A DNA stretch of 64,000 bases, from positions 1 to 64,000 of the forward strand of contig CAWDVP010000002.1 of NCBI GenBank assembly GCA_963805945.1, written 5' to 3'. Both the position numbers and the translations under genes were made by a program. Below the pieces are notes generated by a model. That model made no database searches, was not told where the DNA came from, and worked only from the letters and a program-made list of their open reading frames with translations. The stretch is from Vulcanimicrobiota bacterium. GTDB lineage: Bacteria > Vulcanimicrobiota > Vulcanimicrobiia > Eremiobacterales > Eremiobacteraceae. Positions 52,848-64,000 of this stretch are shown one piece after another (positions within the stretch are counted from its first letter, which is position 1; every line of letters begins with the position of its first letter).

Positions 52848-53857
52848 CGCGGCTCCGGCATGGAATACTGACGACGATAGTACGCCGCGAACTCGCCCTC
52901 AAGGATCGGACGCCACCACGTCTCGTTGTCGCGGTACCACCCGACTGACTGCGCGAGCCCGGTCGCGAGGTCCATCTGCGGCGACCAACCAAGCGACCGC
53001 AGTTTCGAACAATCAAGCGCATAGCGGCGATCGTGGCCCGGCCTATCCGCCACGTAGCGGACGCGTTGCGCGGCGTCGAGCCCGAGCAGCGAGCATAAGC
53101 TCCGCGTCATCTCCAGGTTCGTGCAACCGCTGTCTGGACCAGCGTTGTAGATCTCGCCGACGCTTCCTTGGATCAGCGCGTGCTCGATGGCGCGGCAGTG
53201 GTCATCGACGTGGAGCCATTCGCGCTCGTTGAGCCCATCGCCGTAAAGCGGGACCTGCTTACCGTCCATCAGGTTGATCACGAAAAGCGGCACGAGCTTC
53301 TCCGGGTGCTGGTACGGTCCGTATGTGTTGGAGCCGCGCGTGATGATCGCGGGGAGGCCATACGTCTGGACATAGGCGAGCACGAGCATATCGGCGCTCG
53401 CTTTGCTGGCGGCATACGGGCTGCGCGGCGCGAGCGGCGCATCTTCGCGCGATCGCCCCTGCGCGACGCTGCCGTACACCTCATCGGTCGAGACCTGCAA
53501 GAAACGGCTCACGCCGTGCTCCCGCGCGGCCTCTAACAAGACATGCACGCCCATCACATCGGTCCGCAAGAACACCGCCGGGTCCGTGATGCTGCGGTCC
53601 ACATGCGTTTCCGCAGCGAAGTTGACGATCGCATCGACTCCCGCGCCGATCGCCGCGCGCACGTCGGCTGAATCGCAGACATCACCACGCACGAAGCGAT
53701 AGCGCGTGTCGTCTTCGATGTCGTGAAGATTGCGTTCGTCACCCGCATAGGTCAATGCGTCGAGATTGACGATGCTCCAGTCCTTGTGGCGGACGAGCGC
53801 GGACCGGATGAAGTTCGAGCCTATGAAGCCGCAGCCGCCGGTGATCAACAAGCGCAT
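52844..53857 (-). CDS. rfbB: dTDP-glucose 4,6-dehydratase
   Basis: TGGCGFIGSNF, LTYAG, AAETHVDRSI, STDEVYG, PYAASKA, DRPGHDRRY. Confidence 0.93.
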   Translation of the reverse strand: MRLLITGGCGFIGSNFIRSALVRHKDWSIVNLDALTYAGDERNLHDIEDDTRYRFVRGDVCDSADVRAAIGAGVDAIVNFAAETHVDRSITDPAVFLRTDVMGVHVLLEAAREHGVSRFLQVSTDEVYGSVAQGRSREDAPLAPRSPYAASKASADMLVLAYVQTYGLPAIITRGSNTYGPYQHPEKLVPLFVINLMDGKQVPLYGDGLNEREWLHVDDHCRAIEHALIQGSVGEIYNAGPDSGCTNLEMTRSLCSLLGLDAAQRVRYVADRPGHDRRYALDCSKLRSLGWSPQMDLATGLAQSVGWYRDNETWWRPILEGEFAAYYRRQYSMPEPR

Positions 53858-53872
53858 CGATCGCAGACCGTT

Positions 53873-54802
53873 CTATGCCGACCGGCGCAGCACGAACGCT
53901 GCTTGATCGCCGTCGTGCCGGAGGTTGAGCAGCCACGCTCTGATCACCCACGCGCCGGCGACGGAGCGGGCGAGGCGGAGCAGCGCGTTCCACGCGCCGC
54001 CGGCCTTCGGCGTGCTCCCGTGAGCATAGTCCTCGCTGCCGGAGAACTGGAACGTCGTCGAGTCGTATGTGATGCTCTCGACCGCGAGGCCGGCGCACTC
54101 CGCGCATGCGCACAAACCGCGCTGGGAGAACAGCGTGAGATGCCGAGGCGCGTCGAGCTGGACCCAGAAGCGGCCGTACCGTCTCCACGCGTAGCCGACG
54201 ATCGGGGTGCGCACCACCAGTCGCCCGCTTGGCGCGAGGCGGCTCCTAGCGGCCGAAAGCACCGCGACCGGATCCTCGACATGCTCGAGCACGTGGTTGA
54301 GCGCGACGATGTCAAAGTCTCCTTCGACGTCGTCGACCTGTCCACGGATGACCCGTAGCGAGCCCCATGGTCCCTTGATCTCGCTTGATCGCGGCGTGCC
54401 GTATGGGTCGACGCCCGTGAGGTCGCGCATGCCGAGATCGCGTAAGCGCTCCAACATGCGTCCGGTGCCGCAGCCGACGTCGAGTATCCGGTCGGACGCC
54501 GCGCTCGCGCCGCGCAAGCCGAACCCCCACCGCCCATCGAGCGGCGAGACGAGCGGAGCATATCGATCGTACGCGATGCGCAGCGCTCTCACGAGGGGCT
54601 TGAAGCGAGCGGACGCCGCGCTCTCGATATGCTGATAGTAGCGCTCCGGATAATATCGCGCGGCGTCGGGCGGATCCAGCAGCGTCAGCGAACCGCACGC
54701 CGCGCACTCCTGGTATGCGAAACCTTCGCCGGTGCCGAGGAGCATCTCGCACGCCGTGTGCGTGGCGCGCACGGAGATCGCGCCACAAGCCCGACAATTC
54801 AC
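53873..54802 (-). CDS. class I SAM-dependent methyltransferase with N-terminal Zn ribbon
   Basis: CRACG..ECAACGSL, ILDVGCGTG, HVLEHV, LDAPRHL. Confidence 0.85.
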   Translation of the reverse strand: MNCRACGAISVRATHTACEMLLGTGEGFAYQECAACGSLTLLDPPDAARYYPERYYQHIESAASARFKPLVRALRIAYDRYAPLVSPLDGRWGFGLRGASAASDRILDVGCGTGRMLERLRDLGMRDLTGVDPYGTPRSSEIKGPWGSLRVIRGQVDDVEGDFDIVALNHVLEHVEDPVAVLSAARSRLAPSGRLVVRTPIVGYAWRRYGRFWVQLDAPRHLTLFSQRGLCACAECAGLAVESITYDSTTFQFSGSEDYAHGSTPKAGGAWNALLRLARSVAGAWVIRAWLLNLRHDGDQAAFVLRRSA

Positions 54803-56007
54803 GACGGCCCATTCAGGGGCAGCATCGCGAGGATGTTCTCTATGAAGAGGGTCGCCTCTTGTTCTCGGAGCCGGCTATCCCACGCGCCGGCTCTCGATGC
54901 GACCCTGCTCGCCCACCTGCCGTCGCAGCGCCTCGTCGTCGAGCAGCCGCAAGACTTGCCCGGCAAAAGCCTCCTCGTCGCCGATCGGCGCCTTCAGAGC
55001 GCCGCGCGGATACGTGACGCGCAGCGGCGGCAGATCGAACATCACCGCGGGAAGCCCGCACGCGAGCGCCTCTGCCGCCGCCATGCCGGAGTTGTCGTAC
55101 ACGCTCGTGTGCAAGAAGACGCGTGAAGCGCGGAGCATGTCGTACTTACGCGGCCCCTCGAGGAATCCGAACCATTCGACGGAGCCGACGATGTCGAGGG
55201 TCGCGAGCCAGACGCCGCAGTCGCCGCTCGTAACCGGGATCGCCGACGCCGATGATCGCGAGTCGCGACGCCGGTCTGCGGTCGAGCACGCGCCGCCAGA
55301 TCCGCAAGAGCCGTTCGAGGCCCTTTCTGCGGATGCAGACGGCCGACGAACACCGCATCGTAGCGCGGCGCGACGTCCGCTTCGGTGATGTGATCGAAAT
55401 GGATGACACCGTAGACCGCGTGCAGCCGCTCACGCGGGTATCGGCGACGGACGAACTCCCCCGCGTCCACTTCGTTCGTGATCATATTCCCATCGGCTCT
55501 GAGCACCGCAGGGAGCACGACGAGCCGTTGGTACGAATAGAACGCGGCGAGGCGCAGGTCGAGCCGGCGTGTCAACGTGCGGCTGTAGTGCCCTTCATAG
55601 CCGAACGCCGGGTGCGGCACGAAGAGATAGACGCAGCCTATCCAGCGCGACGCGTGACCCTCGTCGCGCATCCGCCTCGCGAGCAGCAGGTCGGGTATGT
55701 AATCGCTCGCGGAATACGCGACATCGAATCGCTCGTTTCCGAGGTCCGCCTTTCGTGCCTCTCTCCACAGCTGGCTGTGCGCTTTGACGAGCCCGAAGCG
55801 AGGGATGCTCGCCTGCGAGACGATCCGAAAACGCACGCCTTCCACGCCATATTCGCGGAACGAACGTTCGCCATCCGGCGTCGTCAGGACGCAGACGTCG
55901 ATTCCCCGCGCCGCCCACGATCGCGCGAACTCAAGCGCGATCTTCGTGCTCCCGCCCATCGTGCCGGGCGGCGATATCATCGTCGCGGCGATCGCGATGC
56001 TCCTCAT
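54799..56007 (-). CDS. GT4 glycosyltransferase (several apparent indels)
   Basis: MGGSTKI, FVGRLHPQKG, SVYDNSGMAAAEALACGLP; ATGA and GTGA overlaps with neighbours. Confidence 0.8.
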
Positions 56008-58361
56008 CGACCGGCTTGCTTCGGCCGGGGGAGGAACACCAGTCCGGCCGCTAAGCAGCACAGGACCACGAGCGAGAGCACCTGCAGCACGGCGTACGCG
56101 CCGGCGGGTCTGTAGATGAGCGACACACGCCGCGGCGCGTCCTCCGGAACGAGCCAGCCGTTGAGAAAACCGTCGATCGGCAGATGGCGCCAGCCGAGCT
56201 CTTTGCCATCGGCCTTGACCACCCAGCCGGTCGAATAGCTCGAGTGAAGCACGAGCACCCGCGCATGTGGTGAGAAGGTGACGTCATATCGCGTCGCGCT
56301 TCTCTTCTCGCTCTGCGCCGGCTCCTGCGTGAGCCCGCCGCCATCTCGAACGACGACCCGCACAGCCCCGGTTCTGCGGTTCGTCGGCACTGCGGACAGC
56401 TTCACCAGATCGCCGGGCACGGCGGAGCTATCTCCGATCGTCCATGGGACCTCGCCGGCCAGATCGGATGAGAGCAGCAAGTTCTGCGGGTTCTCGCCTT
56501 GCCACAGCGCGAGGCCGTTATACGCCGAGACGTCGCCGTGGCGGGTGGCGACGCGGTACAGGTCGAGCTTGCCAAACGTCCCCGCCTTTTGCACTCCGGC
56601 TTGATGCGAGAGGAAGCTTCGTATCTGCTTCGGTGACAAGATGGCTCGGTATGGCCTTGACCAGGTGACGTCGTTTCGCTGCAGGATCCACCCGACGCCG
56701 AGGGCTGAGAGCAGCGGAGCCACCCGCACGCGCGAGCCCTGGCGGATCGCGTTGACCAAGTAGCCGAACTGCGGGCGCAGCGTGGGCGCACCGCTCACGT
56801 AATTGTAGGTCACCGGCGACACGAAGAGGACCGGTCGCTGGATCAAAGTCGGAGCGACACCATCCGCGCCGTAATACCCCCAGTCATAAGGCATCTGATA
56901 GAAATCGTTGTTCGGCAGCTGCAGGACCCGCGAGTCGTCCGGCTGCGCGTTCAAGAAATCGGCCGCCTCCTCCCAATAATGCGGCACGATCACCGCAGAC
57001 CTGGCATCGCCGTTCAGCCACCACTTCGGGATGAAGTCGCCGCTGAGAAATGCCCATCCATTGCTGAGCAGGAGGAGCATGAGCCCGAAGCCTGCCGTGG
57101 CGCCCACGACGATCGCGCGTCGGTTCTCCACACCGCGAGATCGAAGAACGCGCACGGCCAGCGAGACGAGCTGCGCGAGTCCGACGCCGGCGAGCACGAA
57201 GATGGCCAGGTAGAGCGTGATGTTCGTCGCCTCTTGCGGGTCTCGGAAGAGCCAATACAAAGGCAGCTTGGCATACAAAAAGGCGTTGATCCCGCCCAAG
57301 GGCGGGTGATAGCCCTTCCCGATGAACACGCTCACGCAGATGATCGCGAACAGCAGCCACGTCCGCCGTCTGTTCGGAGTCAGCACAAGACCGACACACG
57401 CGAAAGCCGCCGGCGCGTACAGAGCGAGATAATTGAAACCCGCGAGATAGGGACCCGCCCAGGGGAAGTATTCAGGCCGTGGGTACGACCATACCGCCTG
57501 CATCGAGAGCAGGTTCTGGATGCTCGCGCGTTGGTCGACCCAACTCCATGCCGCTGGGTCAGCGAACGTCTGGACGGCCGATCCTCCGCTTGCGAACAAC
57601 GTCAGATAGGCGGCATACGCCCACCAGCCGTTCACCGCGACCGCCGCTGTGACGCCCAGCAGAAGACCTGCCCACGTCTGAGAGAAGTTGCGCCAGTAGA
57701 GCCAACCGCCGAGCAGCCACGATAGCGCCCACAGGATCTCGTACACAGCGATAGGCGGCGCGGTCGCCAGCACCAAGAAGCCGAGACTGAGAAGACCGAT
57801 TTCGACCGCAAACCGGAGCGACGTGGTCGGCTCGCGCAAGCGCCGCATCAGGAACGCCGCGGACAAGGGGAAGTAGCCCAGCGCGAACAGGACGATCGGG
57901 CTGTGGAGCGTGAGCGCGGAGTAGAACGACAACGGGAGCGCTGTGCCGGCGACCAGAGCGACGAGCTTGCTTTCGGGGAAGAGCGTCCGCGCGAAGAAGA
58001 CAACGCTCAATCCCTCGAACAACAGGAGCGCGAGCGTCATCAGCCATTGCGTCGTCGGGCCGCTGATCCCGAGCCGAAGCCACAACTGCCCCCACAAGGA
58101 GAACACAAAAGTGCTCGGGGCGTACAGCGGCGACCCCATGCCTGTGAAAGCGTTCCCCCAGAGCTGGAGGCTCCTTTCCAGCGCGTGGTTTCCCGGCATC
58201 GCGTACAGCGGATAGATGTCGCCCCAAGCGAGATAGCCGTCGCGCGGGATGTCGATGAGCGCGGCCACGGTCACGACGATCGCGACGACTGCGTACACCG
58301 GGCCATCGCTCTCGAGAAATCGTGCGATGGTGCGCGGCAGACGGTCCGAGATCATCTTCAT
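56004..58361 (-). CDS. multi-TM GT-C membrane protein, AftD N-terminal (DUF3367)-like
   Basis: GGAGGAG RBS then ATG; WGD, ~12 TMs, IGKG..PP..N.FLY..LP..WLFRDP, VPHYWEEAADFLN..SRVL.LP, C-terminal SYSTGW..H..IDGFLNGW plus TM. Confidence 0.68.
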   Translation of the reverse strand: MKMISDRLPRTIARFLESDGPVYAVVAIVVTVAALIDIPRDGYLAWGDIYPLYAMPGNHALERSLQLWGNAFTGMGSPLYAPSTFVFSLWGQLWLRLGISGPTTQWLMTLALLLFEGLSVVFFARTLFPESKLVALVAGTALPLSFYSALTLHSPIVLFALGYFPLSAAFLMRRLREPTTSLRFAVEIGLLSLGFLVLATAPPIAVYEILWALSWLLGGWLYWRNFSQTWAGLLLGVTAAVAVNGWWAYAAYLTLFASGGSAVQTFADPAAWSWVDQRASIQNLLSMQAVWSYPRPEYFPWAGPYLAGFNYLALYAPAAFACVGLVLTPNRRRTWLLFAIICVSVFIGKGYHPPLGGINAFLYAKLPLYWLFRDPQEATNITLYLAIFVLAGVGLAQLVSLAVRVLRSRGVENRRAIVVGATAGFGLMLLLLSNGWAFLSGDFIPKWWLNGDARSAVIVPHYWEEAADFLNAQPDDSRVLQLPNNDFYQMPYDWGYYGADGVAPTLIQRPVLFVSPVTYNYVSGAPTLRPQFGYLVNAIRQGSRVRVAPLLSALGVGWILQRNDVTWSRPYRAILSPKQIRSFLSHQAGVQKAGTFGKLDLYRVATRHGDVSAYNGLALWQGENPQNLLLSSDLAGEVPWTIGDSSAVPGDLVKLSAVPTNRRTGAVRVVVRDGGGLTQEPAQSEKRSATRYDVTFSPHARVLVLHSSYSTGWVVKADGKELGWRHLPIDGFLNGWLVPEDAPRRVSLIYRPAGAYAVLQVLSLVVLCCLAAGLVFLPRPKQAGR

Positions 58362-60663
58362 CTGGAGCTCGCGCTCCTCCGACGGCAGCGTCCAGATGAG
58401 GGCGAACAGCCATATCGCTCCGATCGCCTGCGCGATCGTCTGGACGAGCGCCACCCACTCGACGAGCCAGACCGACGCGAGCACGCCGCGTCGAGGGAGC
58501 AGCCAGCCGTTCACGCTGCCGTCGAGGCGCAGGTGTACGAACGACTTTGATGCGCCCCAGGCCAGCCAATGCTCATCATAGCGCGAGTTATACCTCAATG
58601 CAGCGGGCTGGCCGGCGGCCACCTCCGTTCGTAGCAGCCACGGTGCGAATTGTCTGGCAGGGACCGGGATATAGGGCACCGCCTCGACGGCTGGCCGCAG
58701 GCCTGACGGCACTCTGCCTTCGAGCGCCACAACGCACAAACCGCGACAGCGAACGCGCGCGACATCCGATGGGATAGGAATCCAGCGGTATCCGGCGGTG
58801 CTCGCCGTCAGCATACTCCCTTCTTCTGTGAGCAGTGCACCCCGCACGAACACGAGCGCCGAATCGCCCGCCGGAGAGCGTCAAGAGTTCGGACGAGCTT
58901 GTCGTGAGGGCGCCGCCGAAAGGTTGGCCGAGCTCCGGATCAGCCGCGAACCCAAGCCTCGCATCGACCCAGCCGTCGGTCGCGTGCACAAATCTGTTCC
59001 CAGGAACGACCGTTCGCGGGCGCTCGAACCCGCCCCACTCGACGGGAACACCCTCGCCACGCAGCCCAGCGACATCGCCGAAGAAGACATCGCCCGCACC
59101 TGGGTCGCTGGGTATCGACTGCGCCGAGGGCGTTGGTATCAATGAGACCTCCGGCAGCGCCGGTATCGTCACGGAGAAAGGATGCCGCTCCCAGTCGGAG
59201 GTCGCTTGCAGCGGCGCGAGCGCGAGTTGCTCCGACAGCTCTCGGCTCGCCGAACTATACCACGGACGGTTTGATATCTCCGACACGCTGAGGTTCGCGA
59301 GCGGGCGCCAGTCTTTCGTGCGCTGATAGCGCGCCAGCGCGACGTCCTCAGGCCACGCAGGGACCTCTTCATTGATAGATACGACCGACTCTGCGCGGAC
59401 GCTCGAATCCGGATCCAATCCGGCGAATCGATCCCCATAGCGTAACGGTTGGAAGGGCGGCATCAGGGCGAAACGCGTGAGCGGCGGTGCGAGACTCGGT
59501 ATTGCCGGCAGTGTGCCGCGGTTCGCCCATTGGCGCGCCGGCGAGAACGCGGTCCAACCGGCGATGAGGATGAGCGCTGCCGCGCACAGCATCGATAGCA
59601 GCACGACGTGACGAGTCGCGGCGACCGCGCACAAGACGAGATATCCGATCGCGACATAGGCGATCAGGTCGTAGAGCTCGCGGTAGAGCCCGAGCGCTGG
59701 TACGTTCGTCAGAGCTCCCGCGAAAGCGCCGGCCGCCGGCCCGCGCAATCCCATCGCCGCCACGAGCATGAATGCGGTCGCCGCGCCGACCGCGACGATT
59801 CGCCGCGATCGCCAGGCGAGCACAAGGCCTGCGAGAGCGACCGCGACGACCAATGAGATAGCGATGACCCCGAGCTTGTCGAAGCCAAGGGTGTACTTAG
59901 CGAAGTAGCCGCTGAGAAGCAGCGCGGAGACGGGGGCCACGGATTGCGTCTGCTCCCAGGTCAAAGTGACAGGGGTCGCGCCGAACTCCTTTGCTCGGAA
60001 GATCACTCCCAACAGGATCGGGGCCCCCATGACGGCCCATGTCGCAACCGGCAACCACATCCTTTCGCGGAACACCAGGGCGATGGCGACGAGCAGCGCC
60101 GGCAAGAAGAACTGCAGTTGCGGAAGCGTGAACGCGACCGCGAGCGCGCAGATCTCCGGCCGCGGCTTCTCTCGCATCGCCTCTGAGAGCAGGGCCATGG
60201 TCGCCGCGTAGGCGACGATCATCGGCAGGTGGCCGGCGACGACTTTCGTGTACACCCACGGATTGAACAACGCGAACGCGGCGGCGGCGTTCGCCGCGAT
60301 CTCCTCGCAGCCCACGGTGATGGCTAGCCTGCGCGCCGCGAGCAGGGTCGCCAACCCGATGGCGAACTCGAACGCGAACAGCGTCGGATACGGGCCGATC
60401 ACCGCGCCTATGGGCGCCAGCAGCACGACGAGCACGTAGTTGTTCACGAACGGACCGGCACTGCCGATGCCCTGCTCGCTCCAACCGCTGATCGCGTTGA
60501 GGAAGGGCCAATAGTAATCCGGCCAGTTCCAGTCGTGCCGCAAGGCGGGCACGCCGTTGCTCGTGGTGATGAGCGTGAAATAGACGGCGAGGACGAGCGG
60601 AATCGCAAGCCATCGGAACCGCAGTGCGCCGGAACGGAAAGTGGAGAGCTGCGGATTCATCAT
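58358..60663 (-). CDS. multi-TM GT-C membrane protein, AftD/YfhO-like (indels near 58860 and 58385)
   Basis: RHDWNWP, ALFNPWVY..VVAGH, LYRELYD, many TMs, C-terminal RYDEHW..HLRLDGSVNGW plus TM. Confidence 0.6.
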
Positions 60664-60780
60664 GCGCACAGAGATTCGACACTTTTGCGGTACTTGGTAG
60701 AAACCCCCCATGGGACGAATGCGCATGTCTCGCTCGCCGCGCCCAAAGGTCGCTTCTCGTGGGGGGCGGAAGCGGCGTGC

Positions 60781-61665
60781 ATCGACGCCGCGGTACTGTT
60801 CAAAGCCATCGCCCGACCTCGAGTGATCGCGCTTGCGCTGCGCACACGGGGTTGGCGAGACGTGCTCGCGGCGTTCATGAGCGCGGACCCCCAGGCCATC
60901 ACGGCGATCATCCGCGATGTCAAGTCGAGGCTGCCGCCGACGCCGGATAATCTGCGTTCTTGGTACCGCGGCATTCGGTTCTTGCCCAGCGATGACGAAC
61001 GCTTCTACAAGGTCCGCGTGCCGACCGGTGAAGAGTTCCTTATCCGCGCGTCGCGCGGCTGGCAGGATCTCGGCGCCGTCTATGAGGTGTTCGTCGAGGG
61101 GATATATGCCGAGCATCCGCCGGTCGACGGCAAGACCGTCCTCGACATCGGCGCCAACATCGGCGACACCGCCGTGTACTTCGCGAAGCGCGGCGCGCGG
61201 GTCGTCGCATACGAGCCGGACCCCGAGATGAGCGAGCTCGCACGTCGTAACGTCGCGGGCAACGGACTGTGCGCCGACGTCCGCGACGCCGGCATCGGCG
61301 CCTCGAGTGAACCGCTCTCGCTTTCCGCGTCATCGGATGGAGCTGATGCGCTCTCGGTCACGCTCTTCCCGGGGAACGCTTCGGTCGATCCGCTGCGCGC
61401 GCGATCGCACCCGATCCGCGTGGTCGCGTTCGCCGAGGTGTTGACCGAGCTCGGCTCCGTCGACCTTTTGAAGATGGATTGTCAGGGCTGCGAGTATCCC
61501 GCGCTTGCCTCGCTGACAAGAACCGATATGCGGCGGATCAAGCATGTCGTGATGGAGTATCATGGCGAGAGCAGGGCGCTCGAAGACAAGCTGCGCGCGT
61601 GCGGCTTCTCGGTGCGCCTCAAAGGCGCGATGTACATGTACGCCGACCGCAGCGACGGGTCTTAA
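60781..61665 (+). CDS. FkbM family methyltransferase (start uncertain: ATC 60781, GTG 60862 or ATG 60877)
   Basis: VLDIGANIGD, AYEPDP, LLKMDCQGCEY, VMEYH. Confidence 0.85.
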   Translation: MDAAVLFKAIARPRVIALALRTRGWRDVLAAFMSADPQAITAIIRDVKSRLPPTPDNLRSWYRGIRFLPSDDERFYKVRVPTGEEFLIRASRGWQDLGAVYEVFVEGIYAEHPPVDGKTVLDIGANIGDTAVYFAKRGARVVAYEPDPEMSELARRNVAGNGLCADVRDAGIGASSEPLSLSASSDGADALSVTLFPGNASVDPLRARSHPIRVVAFAEVLTELGSVDLLKMDCQGCEYPALASLTRTDMRRIKHVVMEYHGESRALEDKLRACGFSVRLKGAMYMYADRSDGS

Positions 61666-61699
61666 GGGTACGCCCGCGGCGCATCGGGAATAGACCGGC

Positions 61700-63062
61700 A
61701 TGCACCACATCGCCGTCATCGGCGCCGGTTATGTCGGATTGGTGACAGGCACGTGCCTTGCCGAGCTCGGGAACGACGTCGTGTGTATCGATCTCGACGC
61801 CGAGAAGATCAGCGCCCTCGAAAAGGGCACGCTGCCGTTCTTCGAACCCGGCCTTGAGGAACTGGTGCGGCGCAACCGCGCCGCGGGCAGACTGAAGTTC
61901 GGCAGCGAGATCGCGCGCCTTCTCCGCGGACGAGAGGTCGTCTTCATCGCGGTCGGCACGCCGACGACCGATGACGGACACCTCGATGTGCACCACGTGC
62001 GTCAGGCGGCGCTCGACATCGCCGCCGCCCTCGAGGGACGGACGATCGTCGTCAACAAGTCGACGGTCCCGGTGCAGACCGCGGACATGGTGCATTCGCT
62101 CATCGAAGAAGCGAAGACGGGTGACCACGAGGTCACGGTCGTGTCGAACCCCGAGTTCCTGCGCGAGGGCTCGGCGGTCGCCGATTTCATGCATCCGGAT
62201 CGCATCGTCATCGGCGTCGACCAGCCAGGCGCCGAAGCGGTGTTGCGCGATCTGTACGCGCCGCTCGACGCGCCGATCTTCGTCACCGATCCGTCGCACC
62301 GCCGAGATGATCAAGCTCACGCGCCAACGCGTTCCTCGCCACGAAGATCTCCTTCGTCAACGAGATCGCCGAACATCTGCGACGCGGTCGGCGCCGACGT
62401 GCGCGACGTGGTGATCGGCGCCGGCGCCGACAAGCGCATCGGCACCGCCAGCATGCAGCCGGGCCTCGGCTTCGGCGGATCCTGTCTTCCAAAGGACGTG
62501 CTCGCCTTGCATCAGATCGCCAAGACAGGCGAAGGTCAGTGCGGAACTGCTCGACGCCGCGCTGGCGGTGAACGCATCGCAGGTGACGCGGCTCGCCGAC
62601 CGGCTTGGCGAGCTGCTCGGCGGGCTTGACGGTGCGACGATCGGTCTGCTCGGGACTGGCGTTCAAACCGAACACCGACGACGTGCGCGAATCGCCGGCA
62701 GTCGCCTTTGCGCGGGTGCTGCTCGCGCGCGGCGCACACGTGCTCGCCCACGACCCGCTGCGCGTGCCAATGCAGCACCGCAGTTGCACGGCGCCATCCG
62801 CTTCGTGGACGACGCATACGACGTGGCGGACGGCGCGGCGCGCGCGGTCGTGCTCGCGACCGCGTGGAACGAATACATCGAACTCGATCTCGCCGCGCTG
62901 CGCGGCCGCATGGCGGGGAATATCTCGTTCGACACGCGCAACGTGTACGACCGGCATAAGGCCGTCGACGCCGGTTTCCTGTATGCGAGCGTCGGGCGCG
63001 GCCGGCACGGCCGGCCTGCGGGCGCCTTGGCGGGAGTCGGACGCCGGCGCAGCGCTTCTTGA
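61700..63062 (+). CDS. ugd: UDP-glucose 6-dehydrogenase (several apparent indels after 62290)
   Basis: [62 protein letters not shown]. Confidence 0.92.
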
Positions 63063-64000
63063 AGATCGTCGTCACCGGCGCGGCGGGCTTCGTCGGCTCG
63101 CACCTCGTCGATCGGTATCTCGCAGACGACAACGACGTCATCGGAATCGACAACTGCATCACGGGGAGCACCGATAATCTCGCGGACGCCCGCGGTTCGA
63201 AACGGTTCACGTACGTCGATCAGGATGTCGCCGCCGAAGGCTTCGACCTCGCGCGCGTCACCGGCCCCGCAGACCTCATCGTGCATTGCGCGTCGCCCGC
63301 CAGCCCGGTCGACTACGCCGAACTGCCGCTCGAGACGATGGCCGCAAACAGCCTCGGGACCAAGCATTGCTGCGAGGCGGCGCGCGCGCTGTCGGCGCGC
63401 CTGCTGTTCACCTCGACCTCCGAGACCTACGGCGACCCGCTCGAGCATCCGCAAGCCGAGTCCTACTGGGGCAACGTCAATCCGATCGGCCTCGATTCGT
63501 GTTACGACGAGTCGAAGCGCTTCGGCGAAGCGATGGTCATGGCGTTCGTGCGCAAGCATGGGCTCGACGCGCGCATCGTGCGCATCTTCAACACCTACGG
63601 ACCCCGCATGCGCCGGAACGACGGACGCGTCGTTCCGAACTTCATCTCCCAAGCGCTGGCCGGAAAGGCGCTGACGCTCTACGGCGACGGCCAGCAGACC
63701 CGTTCGTTTTGCTATGTCTCTGATCTCGTCGACGGCATCGTGCGCTGCGCGGCATCGTCGAAGACGCGCGGGCTTGTCGTCAATCTCGGCAACCCGAGGG
63801 AGATCACGGTCGCGGAGCTCGCGCGGATCGTGTGCGACTTGACCGGCGCCACGCTGCGCACCGAGCGACGCGACATGCCGGTCGACGATCCCGTCCGCAG
63901 GCGCCCGGATATCGCGCGCGCGCGCGAACTCCTCGGGTGGGATGCGCGCGTGCCGCTCGAGGACGGGCTACGCGAGACGATCCGCTACTTCAAGCGCACC
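63059..64000 (+). CDS. UDP-glucuronate decarboxylase (UDP-xylose synthase) family, runs off the window end
   Basis: Not in the ORF track; TTG start: [86 protein letters not shown]. Confidence 0.9.
   Translation, partial: MKIVVTGAAGFVGSHLVDRYLADDNDVIGIDNCITGSTDNLADARGSKRFTYVDQDVAAEGFDLARVTGPADLIVHCASPASPVDYAELPLETMAANSLGTKHCCEAARALSARLLFTSTSETYGDPLEHPQAESYWGNVNPIGLDSCYDESKRFGEAMVMAFVRKHGLDARIVRIFNTYGPRMRRNDGRVVPNFISQALAGKALTLYGDGQQTRSFCYVSDLVDGIVRCAASSKTRGLVVNLGNPREITVAELARIVCDLTGATLRTERRDMPVDDPVRRRPDIARARELLGWDARVPLEDGLRETIRYFKRT

Noticed and set aside
56004..60663. Apparent fusion of the two GT-C proteins (949-aa ORF 56004..58853)
   Set aside because: Removing one C near 58385 gives a natural basic tail TLRRRSASSR* ending in an ATGA overlap, with a GGAGGAG RBS before ATG 58361; two separate genes are more parsimonious.

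Overview
High-GC bacterial chromosomal segment with about 55 genes. The gene styles (Cys-rich TonB-type receptor with a 'QGTWALAG' signal end, tandem phosphoesterase lipoproteins, DUF5069) suggest Ca. Eremiobacterota/Vulcanimicrobiota, but this is inference only. Many conserved genes (sucD, gmd, ugd, larE, ECF sigma and others) carry 1-2 nt frameshifts with intact residues on both sides, which is best read as uncorrected long-read indel error. Left to right: TonB-dependent receptor; hbd-acyl-CoA dehydrogenase-sucC-sucD operon preceded by a ~230-nt structured leader with an intrinsic terminator; gmd/rmd-like pair; ECF sigma/ZAS anti-sigma/bactofilin-like membrane protein; orphan vapD between REP-like hairpins; secreted serine hydrolase and M3 peptidase; an omega-amino-acid catabolic set (two class III aminotransferases, ALDH, CoA-transferase AB) downstream of larBCE (no larA) and a flippase; two tandem phospholipase C-family lipoproteins; an outer-membrane barrel candidate; two tandem Cys-rich secreted proteins; and a >24 kb surface-glycan locus (rfbD, murJ, myo-inositol-oxygenase-like HD protein, FAD mutase-like enzyme, seven GT2/GT4s, TylF/FkbM and other methyltransferases, rfbAB, two AftD-like GT-C proteins, ugd, UDP-glucuronate decarboxylase). 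Most notable: the MIOX-like/mutase/furanosyltransferase module bracketed by a 42-bp direct repeat, the unexplained leader RNA, two GTAG/GGAG-type REP families that enter coding sequence, and several apparent ATC/CTG start codons. No rRNA, tRNA, CRISPR array or transposase was recognised.
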